The position numbers and the translations under genes are program-made. A stretch of 64,000 bases of DNA from Nitrospinales bacterium (GTDB lineage: Bacteria > Nitrospinota > Nitrospinia > Nitrospinales > VA-1). The first letter of the stretch is position 1, and the number at the start of each line of letters is the position of its first letter. This document shows, piece by piece, positions 10,200 to 20,422 of the stretch. A model generated the notes under the pieces. The model did no database searches. It had not been told where the DNA came from and saw nothing but the letters and a program-made list of their open reading frames with translations. The stretch is taken from NCBI GenBank assembly GCA_965262115.1, contig OZ253496.1, forward strand, positions 1,024,001 through 1,088,000, given 5' to 3'.

Positions 10200-10308
10200 G
10201 TGGGCGGAGAACCTCGCTGATGTGCTGATTGAGGTAGGGATGGCTGTTAGATATGGTGGTGGGAAGAAAACCCATAAATTGCGCGAGTAATGGACACAGT
10301 CCATTACA

Positions 10309-10740
10309 TCCCCCCTGACAAGGGGGGACTGAGGGGGGGTTAAATATACATTGGTTTATATTCCTTATAATCATACGCTGACAAAAAAAGCCCACGAAAA
10401 TCGCAAAACACCAACACCGGCAGAACAAAAATTATGGAGTAATGTTCTACGAGGCAAAAAATTTCAGGACTTGAAATTTTCCCGCCAGAAACCTTTAGAC
10501 AAATACATCGTAGATTTTTATTGTAGCAAATATTTACTGGCGGTCGAAATTGATGGGGATAGCCATGGGGAACAGAAAGAATATGATCGAAGGCGAACTG
10601 AAAGGCTAAATGCTTTAGGTATTACCGTCATCCGCTATACCAATGAAGAGGTGATGACTAATCCTCAAGGTGTCTATGAGGACTTAAAGAAGAAAGTTGC
10701 TCATTTAAGAAAACCCCCTCAATCCCCCTTATCAGGGGGA
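10309..10740. mobile_element. Putative DUF559 nuclease cassette bounded by inverted palindromic repeats
   Basis: TCCCCCCTGACAAGGGGGGACTGAGGGGGGGTT (10309-10341) versus AACCCCCTCAATCCCCCTTATCAGGGGGA (10712-10740). The interior is AT-rich. Confidence 0.6.
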
Positions 10741-10749
10741 GGAAAATGA
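10351..10749 (+). CDS. DUF559 / Vsr-like endonuclease-domain protein
   Basis: TPAEQKLW..LR, KFSRQKP...YIVDFYC..LAVEIDGDSH and VIRYTNEEV motifs. Confidence 0.9.
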   Translation: MVYIPYNHTLTKKAHENRKTPTPAEQKLWSNVLRGKKFQDLKFSRQKPLDKYIVDFYCSKYLLAVEIDGDSHGEQKEYDRRRTERLNALGITVIRYTNEEVMTNPQGVYEDLKKKVAHLRKPPQSPLSGGGK

Positions 10750-13343
10750 ACAAAACTCCTTCGATTGAGCAAACATTATCTCAGTTCAAAAAGCTATTTT
10801 CATTCGGGTCCAGCGTCACGCTGGCGGCGGTTCGCCGATCCCCTCCTCTCCTGCCCTTTTTGCTCGCTTACATGAGCGGACTTTGTGGATTCTTTGCCGC
10901 CACCCAACAATTCATTGCTCCTTATTTATTACCGCTTGGCTTGTTTCTCTTTGCCCTGTTTCTCGTTCAACATAAAAAACGGGAATCCATGATTGTTCTT
11001 TTTCTGGCTGGCTTCGGAATCCTCGCCCCGAGCTTTGCGGATTTGAGCCGACCCTCGAACCATATTCTCAATCACATTGAGGAGGGACGAACCACGGTGG
11101 TATAAGGCCGGTTAGTTTCATCACCGCGCGTTCTTGAAGATCGAACGTATTATCTACTTGAACTGGAATCTCTGGACACCAGGCCTATAACCGGAACCGT
11201 GCGGGTGAGTGTTTATAAACCACATTCCGTTTTTAAAGCTGGGGACCGAGTCCGATTCAACAAAATACGTCTTAAAATTCCGCGAAACTTTAAAAATCCC
11301 GGTCGCTTCGATTACCACCTTTATCTGAAGTCGAGAGGCATTGACGTCACCGGAAACATTTCTCGTCCAGAAACCATGGAACGGACAGGCCGGTTCAACC
11401 TGCCCTTCTGGCATACAGGCCCCCAACAATTAAGAGTTCGACTCCTTGAAAGCCTGGAAAAACTTTTTCCCGGGGAGGAAGGCGCCTTGCTCAAAGCCAT
11501 GGTTTTGGGAATGAAAGATTCCCTGCCCGCTGAAGTGCGCGAAAATTATATCGACACCGGGCTGGCCCACCTGATGGCGGTGTCCGGCCTGCATATCGGT
11601 TTTGTGGCGGCGGCCTCTTATTTTATTCTCTGGCCTGTGGTGTTTTATGGACTCTTTCGACTGAAGCCGGACAGCGTCCGCGCCGGACACGCCCGAAAGG
11701 TCACAGCCGTTCTCTGCCTGATCCCGGTTCTTTTCTATATGGTGGTGGTCGGCGCCAAAGTATCTTCGCTCAGAGCGGGTATCATGGTGAGCGCCCTACT
11801 GCTCGCCGTTTTGTTTGACCGGCAAAGCAGTCTCTTCAATGCCTTTCTGGGCGCTGGGTTCATCATCCTGCTGTGGCAACCAGCATCTATATTGGATGTT
11901 GGTTTTCAACTTTCCTTTTTGGCAGTTGGGGGAATCCTGCTGGTCTTCACTCTGTTGTCCGAGATCAGCGATGACCCGGTAGCCCGGATGGGAGAACCCA
12001 CCTGGTCGCAAAAATTGATGCGGGGTTATCCCACCGGCAACCGGAAACCTTTTTGGCAATCACTGAAATTTCGCTTTGAGAAAATTTTGGTCGGCGGAGC
12101 CCTGGTATCGGTCACCGTCACCGCCGTCACCCTCCCGGTTCTGATTTACCAGTTCAACCGCATCAGCCTGGTCGGTGTTTTTTTAAACATCCTCATGGTG
12201 CCTCTGGCCTCCCTTTTGATCCCCGCAGTTTTGCTGATAACAGTTGTGGGAACCGTTTTCCCCGCTCTGGCAGCCCTTCCTGCCCTGCCCGTGCTGGGTA
12301 TCACCCAATTCTTTTTATGGGTGCCAGAAGTTTTTGCGCGCCTCTCTTTCTCCTCCCTCTATGTTCCGACGCCTCCACCCCTGTGGCTGGTATTCTATTT
12401 TTCAGCCTTATTGACCGGACTGCTCGCTTTTCGAATCCGCGCACTGAATCAGGAAGTGGGTGGCTGGCTGAAAAATAGTTTTATCGTTTTTGTCCTGGGC
12501 GCACTGGTTTTATTTTCCTGGCCGCGTGCCTTTCAGTTTCCCGGAAATACCTTGTCCATAAGCGTGCTGGATGTCGGGCAGGGAGAATCCCTTCTCATTG
12601 AGTTTCCCAATGGTGAAACGCTGGTGATGGATGGCGGAGGGTTTTATAAAAACCGGCTCGATGTCGGCAGGCGGGTGGTCGCACCTTTTTTGTGGAACAG
12701 GGGCATTCGAAAAATTGATTATATGGTCGCCACCCATTCCGACAACGACCATATTCGTGGATTGTATGCCCTGCTTGATCTTTTCCCGGTCAAACATTTT
12801 CTGACCCTGGGCGATAATTTTGTGGGCAAACTACTCGGTAGACTACAAAATCAGGCACGGAGTAAGGGCGCGAAACTCTTTCCCTTAAAGATGAACAAAC
12901 CCATCCAATTTGGTGAGGTCCAACTCATCCCTCTGCATCCGGAGCCGGGGGGGCCCTCTGATCCAGATCGAAGGATCGACAACGACCTTTCGCTGGTCAT
13001 GCGTCTTGAGTACAGAAATTTCAGCATGTTGTTCACCGGTGACATCAGCGATAAAGTAGAGGGAAAACTGGCAAACTCCCAACAATCGCTTAAAGCAGAT
13101 ATATTAAAAGCCCCACATCACGGCAGCCGGTTTTCCAATTCGTCGGCATTTATCGAGGCGGTCGACCCGGGAACCGTGATATTTTCCAGCGGTTACCTCA
13201 ACCGCATGCGCCACCCCCATCCGGAAACACTGGAACGCTACCAGAAGGCGGACGTCGATATCCGCCGCACCGATGCACACGGCGCGATACAAGTCATCAC
13301 CGATGGGATCTCCTACGAAATACGCACACACGAAGCCTTTTAA
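10746..13343 (+). pseudogene. comEC: ComEC/Rec2 DNA-uptake channel interrupted by an in-frame TAA at 11103-11105
   Basis: ORFs 10746-11105 and 11199-13343 share one frame. Motifs include RNFKNPGRFDY, GLAHLMAVSGLHIG and a beta-lactamase-like domain (LDVGQGES, THSDNDH, APHHGS). Confidence 0.85.
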
Positions 13344-13427
13344 GAAACGGGATTGACATTTTCCCGCCTGCCTTTATATTGAGCTCTTACCATTCCCAAA
13401 ACCTTTTGAAATATCGAAAGCCCCGTC

Positions 13428-13955
13428 ATGAGCCCCAAGCCGGAACGCCGAGCCAAAATTCTCATCGTGGATGACTCGAAAACCATTGTCGCCCTCATTA
13501 AATCCATCCTGAAAGAAGACTACGACACTGTTACTGCCAGCAACGGACTTGAGGCCATCGAAGTTAACAATCGGGCAAAGCCCGACCTCATCCTCATGGA
13601 TGTGGAAATGCCGGTCATGGATGGTTTTGAGGCCTGCAAAAAAATCAAGGAACAAAGCAAAAACACCTTCATCCCTATCATCTTCATCACCAGCAAAGGG
13701 GATTTGCAAAGACGGAAAATCCTTCTGCCGTCTGACAGCAAACTGATCTGCTACACGGATGGGCTCACCGAAGTCCGCGGCAAGGGTACCAATATGTATG
13801 GCTTGAATCGGTTGGGGAAAAAATCTCTGAAGCTGGGCCAATCCCAAAACGCCAATGAACTGGGGCTGGCCCTCAAAAAAAATGCGCAGGATTTTCTTGG
13901 CGAGTGCGAATTCACCGACGACTTCACCTTAATTATTATAGAAACCGAGGGCTAA
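13428..13955 (+). pseudogene. Receiver-PP2C/SpoIIE phosphatase with a large in-frame internal deletion
   Basis: The REC domain stops after IIFITSKGD and is joined to the last third of a SpoIIE domain (YTDGLTE...DDFTLIII). Confidence 0.75.
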
Positions 13956-14581
13956 ACTCGAAGGAATAAGTGGTAAAGAGTAAATTTTCTTTTTGCAAGA
14001 TCATGCTTTGTTTCGTCGATTTTTTTGGGGTTTATAGGGGAAGGGGCCAGCGTAGAATTTGATTCCAATAATAGAGGTTTTCGTTTCTTTTCAATCAATT
14101 GTTTTACAGCTTCTTTTGCTTTTTGTTTTTCTCCGTCTAAGACATAACCTATCATTCCACCAGAATGAAGCTCAGGACTGTATTTCCCCAAAACAAAACA
14201 CATCATACCCTGGTCGCCCACATAATCACTGGTATTCGTTACTAGAGAACCAGAAGGGGTAATATAACGAAGCCTTTTGCATTCAAAAGCAAAATAAACC
14301 TGTTCATCCACTTCTTGGAGAAAACGTATGTCTATCCTCCCGGTTTCCCGCCCTTCCTCATCAGGCAATATAATTTCTGGGTCAATATTAAAGGGTAGTT
14401 CAGGAAATCCCTTTTGACTCCTGAGAAACATTACAAACCTGAGATTAAGAGGATTTTCTTTATCATCTGATTTAGGTTTTTTAAATTTGTCCCAAGAACT
14501 CAAAACAAGTTCTAAAATATCTAAAACAAAACCATCAGGGAATAAATTTTTGTGAAAACCCGGATCACCTGTTGAACTCAA
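13952..14581 (-). CDS. Hypothetical protein with a PD-(D/E)XK-like nuclease motif
   Basis: GRIDIRF...YFAFECKRL motif; lies 6 nt downstream of the MTase gene. Confidence 0.65.
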   Translation of the reverse strand: MSSTGDPGFHKNLFPDGFVLDILELVLSSWDKFKKPKSDDKENPLNLRFVMFLRSQKGFPELPFNIDPEIILPDEEGRETGRIDIRFLQEVDEQVYFAFECKRLRYITPSGSLVTNTSDYVGDQGMMCFVLGKYSPELHSGGMIGYVLDGEKQKAKEAVKQLIEKKRKPLLLESNSTLAPSPINPKKIDETKHDLAKRKFTLYHLFLRV

Positions 14582-14587
14582 TTAACT

Positions 14588-17500
14588 TTATCTCCCTGTC
14601 TTTAAAATTTCAGCGGCAATTTCATCGGCATCATTAAGAGCTGCTGTTTTGGTCCAATGCCTGTGCTCAAGAGGTTTAATGATATGTATCTCTTCTTGGT
14701 CAAATATTTTCAAGCCACGAAAATATGAAATTCGCCCCACTTTTTTAGGGAGAAAATTTTTCAATCTGGATAGAGCAACTTGCAAGTGCTCTGGAGACTC
14801 CTTTTCTTTGTAAGGAAAACTTGTCGTAGAATTTTTAAGCGTTAAAATACCTAACCCAGATTTGGACGAATAGGTTATTGCCCCGCTAACCCTCCGATCA
14901 CTACGCTTGGCCCAATTATTGATTACTGCACATAGGCAATCCACATAATTGCTACGAATGCCTCTTGTGGAAGGCTTAACCGTTGGAATGTTGGAAGTCA
15001 GTGTGGAAGGTGTTGAACTGGGCTCAAAGATTTGAAAGGTATCTTCTATGAGGAATTGATCCCATTCTGATATTTCATAATAGTCATAAATCAATGGTTC
15101 AACATATCTCTTTAGTGCGTCTACTTCTTCCTTCTTCCCAAGGATGGTCTCTTCAATTCTTGACCCTACCCGTTTAATCTGATTAGCTACCTTTTCAATT
15201 ATTAAGGCTGATTTTTGAGGATTAGAGGTTTCCTCTGGAAAAGGAAATGGTAGGCGCAACAATTCAAAAAGGTGGACTTTGTCCCTTTCGGTTCCCCAAT
15301 TTGCTGCTGTATGAAAGAGATAGAAAGTAGCAAGTTTGGAATTGAACACAGCGTTTAGAAAAAGCAAAAGATCTTCATCCTTTTTAGGGCCACAAATGGA
15401 TTGAAGAGAATCTCGGAAAAGAATATCGAATTCACAAAAAGCAAATTTTGAAAACCCTTGGTTGATAAGAATTAAAGGTCCTTTGAAAATTCTCGGATCT
15501 CTTATTCTATGCAAAGCTCTAAATCTATCCTTAATTTCATCGCAATCTTTTTTAAGAAGAACGTAATTAATTGCCTTGCTCCTGGCATCAGCAAACAAAT
15601 GACCTGGACCCCACCAAGGTGACTTCGGCGACTTGCTTGTGCTCCGAGAATCAGGAATGAACCCCTGCCCCTTAATCCATCTTTTTCCCTCCCTTGCCTC
15701 TCCCACAAACTCATTCAGCTTAGGCAAACAAAGCAACCGATCTAAAAGCCTAACGTCCCTTGGTGTCCCCCAAAACAACTTCTTCCATAAAACAGAGGTT
15801 TCTCCTTTTCGAGAATACTTAAAAATATCCTTTAATTTTATTTTTTTGCAATCTCCTGGGAATAAAGTGACAACGCCGTTACGCGGATCAATTCGGCTGA
15901 CTTTGGGAATTTGATAATCGATCTGAGCATTTTCAATTTTAGGCCTTCCAGAAGAAAACCTCGTTATGACAGCAGGGCAAATAGCATTTTTAAACAAAAT
16001 AAAGCGCATATCTGAAAGTTGGATAACCGTATCAACAGAAACTTCTCTGAACCAGAGGTTCTGAAATTTGTCAGTTCTTTTGTCAGTTCTATTGAGAAAT
16101 AATTTCGATGGTAAAACTTTGCAACCTCTCCCTTTTGAATTTAAATGTAATGGAGCTTTCCAGGCAAAAACGTGAGCAATTTGGTCCTGCGGCATAAAGG
16201 TTAGTTCGCGATCCTTCTTGTTGGCCGACACTTTTTCTAACCAAGGGTTAGAATCGCTTTGACACCAATCCTCTGCTTTTTTGTCAGAGTTTTGTCCCCT
16301 TCCTATCCAGGGAGGATTTCCAATAACTAAATCAAAATCGGTGGCTATAGGGATTTTAGGATCAAAAAAATTTCCTTCGATAATTACCGGTCGGCCTTTG
16401 TCTTTGACTTTATAATTTTTCTTTTCAAGGGCAAGAAGATTTGGGAGGATTTTATCGTATTTTTCTTTTAGATCATCAATATCCCTAGGTGAAAGTTGGT
16501 CAAGAAAAGCCAAGTACAAGCTAAAACAAGTTACCCGACAAGCAGTTTCTTTGACGTCCACACCACAAAGATTGTTCTGTATGATCTTTACAAGCTCCCT
16601 GGCTTTTGTAATGTTTCTTTTATTTGGGTTCTTAAGCCGCCATTCTTCGGCCATTCGATTGAAAAGAATAACCAGAAAAATTCCTGAGCCGCAAGAAGGG
16701 TCGAGAACCTTCTTATCCAGCAGGGAATCCCAGCCTTCGACTGCAATATCCACAGTCAATTCGGCCAATAGCTTTGGAGTGTAGTACGCTCCGAGTTTTC
16801 TTTGCCATTCAATGTCCTCGGCAGCCAAAAACTCTTCATAAATTGCACTAATCGTTTCAATGGGAATAATACTGAAGTCATAGATTTCAAACTCGAAACT
16901 CCTTTGCCCCTTGTGCAAGTTCTCCATATTTAAAAATCGTTGCAACGTTTCTATGTGTTCCGGAAGGATTTTACTTTCCTCTTCAGCAATATCTTCATCA
17001 AACAAACTTCCATTGAAAATCTTTTGTAATATTTTGAAGAGTTTATATAAAATCGTTTTGGCTTTTGGAGGATCATACGAATTAAAAAGTTCTTTGAGGG
17101 AAACAACATTGCGAGCGCCAGCTTTTGAAAAGTGTGCAGAGCTAATAATTCCTCTATCAACCAAATAGCAGGTGAATATAATTCGACCAAGGAAAGCATG
17201 AATGGTTGGGTAGTCTAAATCGCTCCCAGACTGTTTTATTTTGTCCCGGAGTTCACTCAGGTTTTCCAGTAGATAGTGATCGACCGTGTTGCTTGGTTTG
17301 AAATAGTCCTTATGCTCCCTATAATATTGACCTGTCTCTACACTTTGGACCAATTGTTGGATTTCTAATACTTTAGTGGTTTTTTCTAAAGTATCTATCA
17401 GTATTTGGCTTTGACTATTTTTGTCATAGGACCTAACAGGGGGCATCAAGCCGGAAAAAATTAGAACTTCAGTTTTGCTGGCAATTATTAGTAAGGTGGC

Positions 17501-17763
17501 AAAACCTTGGTTCCAAAGTTGGCTTTGAAGAATTTGGATTTTTGTTGGATCAATTTGATCCACTTCTTTAAAATAAATAGTCGGTTTGCTCTCGATACAA
17601 TAAATCCCTGACAACTCCATAACTTCCCAAGCTCGTCTCATGATGTGGGAGTATGGATGCCTTCTGGTCTGGTTATTAAGCTCCTCTAATGATCGAAAAA
17701 AAAAGGGGGTTTAATCGACTTTAAGTGAAATATTCTAAGAAGCTCTTGGCTGGCTACATTCAT
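14588..17763 (-). CDS. Large amino (N6/N4) DNA methyltransferase of HsdM/type IIG-like class, 5' end frameshifted at a homopolymer
   Basis: Motifs GAYYTP, VLDPSCGSGIFL and IGNPPW. The long ORF is 14588-17641; ATG at 17763 joins it if the T9 tract (17696-17704) gains one base. Confidence 0.85.
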
Positions 17764-18009
17764 TTGTCAGAACACAGGGGTGATGTTACGACATCAGCCC
17801 CATAACCACTTAAAAAACAAAGGCTAATTGCGCAACTTTGGAGTCCATTATAAATGTAAAAATTCAAAACTTCAATCCCGATTTCACCGACGACTTCACC
17901 CTGGTAATTGTGGAAGTCGCCGCCAGCGTGACGCTGGTGGTTGTGATTTGAGGCATTATTTGGTATAAAGGTTGTTTTCCTAAACCTTTAAACACTGGCA
18001 CGAACAATT

Positions 18010-18216
18010 ATGGCAAACGTAGAAAAATTGCAGGAACACCTTAAAAAGGCCAAATCCAAACTGGCGGAGTCCAAAGGAGACGCAGCTGAAATCCGCAAAT
18101 TAAAAAAGAAAACCAAACGGCTGGCCAGAAAGTCCAACAAAATCACCGCTACCGAAAAAATAGCCGAACTGAAAAAGAAAAAGAAAAAAGACCGTAAAGA
18201 AGCTTCCTCAGAATAA
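18010..18216 (+). CDS. Small lysine-rich hypothetical protein
   Basis: 68-aa ATG ORF at the head of the gatCA operon. Confidence 0.7.
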   Translation: MANVEKLQEHLKKAKSKLAESKGDAAEIRKLKKKTKRLARKSNKITATEKIAELKKKKKKDRKEASSE

Positions 18217-18266
18217 GCAGGTAGTAATCCGTAATCTGAACAGGTTTGAACCAACTGGAGATACCG

Positions 18267-18545
18267 GTGTCTTTTGATATCGAACATATGGCCGTGCTGG
18301 CACGGTTGAAATTGACCCCTGATGAAAAAGTGCGGCTCTCTGGCCAAATGGGGACGATTCTCGAATACATCGAAAAACTCAACGGACTCAATACCGATGA
18401 TGTGGAACCAACAGCGCATGTGCTAGGAATCAATAACGTGTTCCGCGATGATGAACCGGTAACAAAACCCCTCGCCGACCACAACCCGATTTCCGATTCA
18501 CCGGCACACAACAAAGGGCATTACGAAGTCCCGCAGATCATTTAA
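18267..18545 (+). CDS. gatC: Asp/Glu-tRNA amidotransferase subunit C
   Basis: [10 protein letters not shown]...VEPTAH...NVFRDD motifs; GTG start with a GGAG RBS. Confidence 0.93.
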   Translation: MSFDIEHMAVLARLKLTPDEKVRLSGQMGTILEYIEKLNGLNTDDVEPTAHVLGINNVFRDDEPVTKPLADHNPISDSPAHNKGHYEVPQII

Positions 18546-18552
18546 ATCCTAC

Positions 18553-20004
18553 ATGCATCGCACAACCATCACCCAGGCGCGGGAACTTCTCAGCAATAAA
18601 AAACTCAGTTCCGTGCAATTGACCGAGGCCGTGTTCGCACGCATCGACCAGGTGGAAAGCAAAGTCCAGGCTTTCGTGCACCTGACCCGCGAGAAAGCTT
18701 TAGAGCAAGCCCGGAAGGCAGACGCCCGGATCGCCGCTGGGGAAGAAGCCCCGCTTCTCGGTGTCCCTATCGCCCTTAAAGATCTGATCTGCACCGAAGG
18801 CAGTCGCACCACCTGTTCATCAAAAATTTTAGACCAGTTTGTTTCCCATTATAACGCCACCGTCACCGAAAGGTTGTATCAGGCCGGAGCCGTGATCGTG
18901 GGTAAGACCAATATGGACGAGTTTGCCATGGGGTCTTCCACCGAAAACTCGCATCACCACCCGACGATGAATCCCTGGGCTTTGGACCGGGTTCCCGGTG
19001 GTTCCAGCGGAGGTTCTTCCGCCGCTGTTTCGGCGCACGAATGCGTCGCCGCGCTCGGAAGCGATACCGGGGGTTCCATCCGCCAGCCGGCCAGCTTTTG
19101 CGGTGTGACTGGACTCAAACCCACTTACGGTAGGGTGTCGCGATTTGGATTGGTGGCCTTTGCCTCCTCTCTCGATCAGATCGGGCCATTGACAAAAACC
19201 GTTGCCGATGCGGCGACTTTGATGAACGTAATCGGCGGCAAAGATCCGCGCGATTCCACCTCCGCCGATATCGCGCTTCCCGATTTCACCCAGGCCCTGC
19301 AGAAAGATGTGAAGGGCATGAAACTCGGCATCCCGAAAGAATACTTCGCCACCGGCGGAATCAATCCGGAAATTGAAAAATTGGTACAGGAAGGCATCCG
19401 CACTCTTGAGTCATTGGGAATGCAAACGGTGGAAGTTTCTTTACCGCATCTCGACTACGCCGTCGCCGCCTATTACATCATCGCCTGTGCCGAAGCCAGC
19501 ACCAACCTTTCACGCTACGACGGTGTCAAATATGGTTATCGCACCGAAAAGTTCGACAACCTCCTTAATATGTATGAGAACACTCGTGAGGAAGGTTTTG
19601 GCGAAGAAGTTAAACGGCGCATAATTCTCGGAACCTTCGTGCTCAGTTCCGGTTACTACGATGCCTATTATTTGAAAGGCCAGAAGGTGCGGACATTGAT
19701 CAAGCAGGATTTTGAAAACGCGTTGGGACAATGTGATGTCATCGCTTCACCGGTCACCCCCTACCCGGCTTTCAAGCTCGGGGAAAAACTGGACGATCCA
19801 CTACAGATGTATCTGGCAGATATTTATACCATCTCCGCCAACCTCGCCGGCATACCGGCCATGTCAATTCCCTGCGGCTTTTCCGATGGCCTCCCTGTCG
19901 GATTGCAGTTGATGGGCAGGCATTTTGATGAAGAAACCCTCATCACAGTCGGGCACAAGTTCCAGCAGGCCACCGATTTCCATACCCAGGAAGCCCCGCT
20001 ATAG
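18553..20004 (+). CDS. gatA: Asp/Glu-tRNA amidotransferase subunit A
   Basis: Amidase signature ([31 protein letters not shown]). Confidence 0.97.
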   Translation: MHRTTITQARELLSNKKLSSVQLTEAVFARIDQVESKVQAFVHLTREKALEQARKADARIAAGEEAPLLGVPIALKDLICTEGSRTTCSSKILDQFVSHYNATVTERLYQAGAVIVGKTNMDEFAMGSSTENSHHHPTMNPWALDRVPGGSSGGSSAAVSAHECVAALGSDTGGSIRQPASFCGVTGLKPTYGRVSRFGLVAFASSLDQIGPLTKTVADAATLMNVIGGKDPRDSTSADIALPDFTQALQKDVKGMKLGIPKEYFATGGINPEIEKLVQEGIRTLESLGMQTVEVSLPHLDYAVAAYYIIACAEASTNLSRYDGVKYGYRTEKFDNLLNMYENTREEGFGEEVKRRIILGTFVLSSGYYDAYYLKGQKVRTLIKQDFENALGQCDVIASPVTPYPAFKLGEKLDDPLQMYLADIYTISANLAGIPAMSIPCGFSDGLPVGLQLMGRHFDEETLITVGHKFQQATDFHTQEAPL

Positions 20005-20087
20005 CCGATCACCCCGCCAAAAAATCTATAGTTTGAATGTAAATATTATTTTATCTCGCCCGCCCATCCCGTAAAAAAACAGGGACA

Positions 20088-20315
20088 AAAGTCCTTGCCA
20101 GTGTTACTGAAAAAACCCAAACCCTTGCCGGAGCATCGGAAGAGTTGACCGCCACCAGCCAGCAGATGGCCAGCAACGCCGAAGAAACCTCGGCTCAGGC
20201 CACTGTGGTCTCCTCGGCCTCCGAGCAAGTGAATATGAACATTCAAACAGTGGCAGGCGAATTGTCGAAACTGGCAGCAGATCTGCAGGATATTGTCAGT
20301 CAGTTTAACGGGTAA
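20088..20315 (+). pseudogene. Methyl-accepting chemotaxis protein remnant
   Basis: Startless frame reads KVLASVTEKTQTLAGASEELTATSQQMASNAEETSAQATVVSSASEQVNMNIQTVA-GELSKLAADLQDIVSQFNG*. These are methylation helices with the signalling hairpin missing. Confidence 0.75.
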
Positions 20316-20326
20316 GGTCAAACGAA

Positions 20327-20353
20327 AGAGCTCCGGCTGATGGCCGGGGCTCT
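20327..20353. terminator. Stem-loop after the MCP remnant
   Basis: AGAGCTCCGGC-N5-GCCGGGGCTCT; no clear U tract. Confidence 0.45.
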
Positions 20354-20422
20354 ACCGTGGGGGCAGTAGCAAGGAATTTTTCAACCGAGATAAATCTTTG
20401 CCCCCAATTAAGCTATTGCTAA

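Larger units (their letters stand above)
13911..17900. mobile_element. AT-rich putative defence island flanked by an 18-bp direct repeat
   Basis: TTCACCGACGACTTCACC occurs at 13911-13928 and 17883-17900. No integrase lies inside. Confidence 0.75.

Noticed and set aside
18267..20004. gatCA without adjacent gatB, together with asnS
   Set aside because: Split gat operons and coexistence with AsnRS are common.
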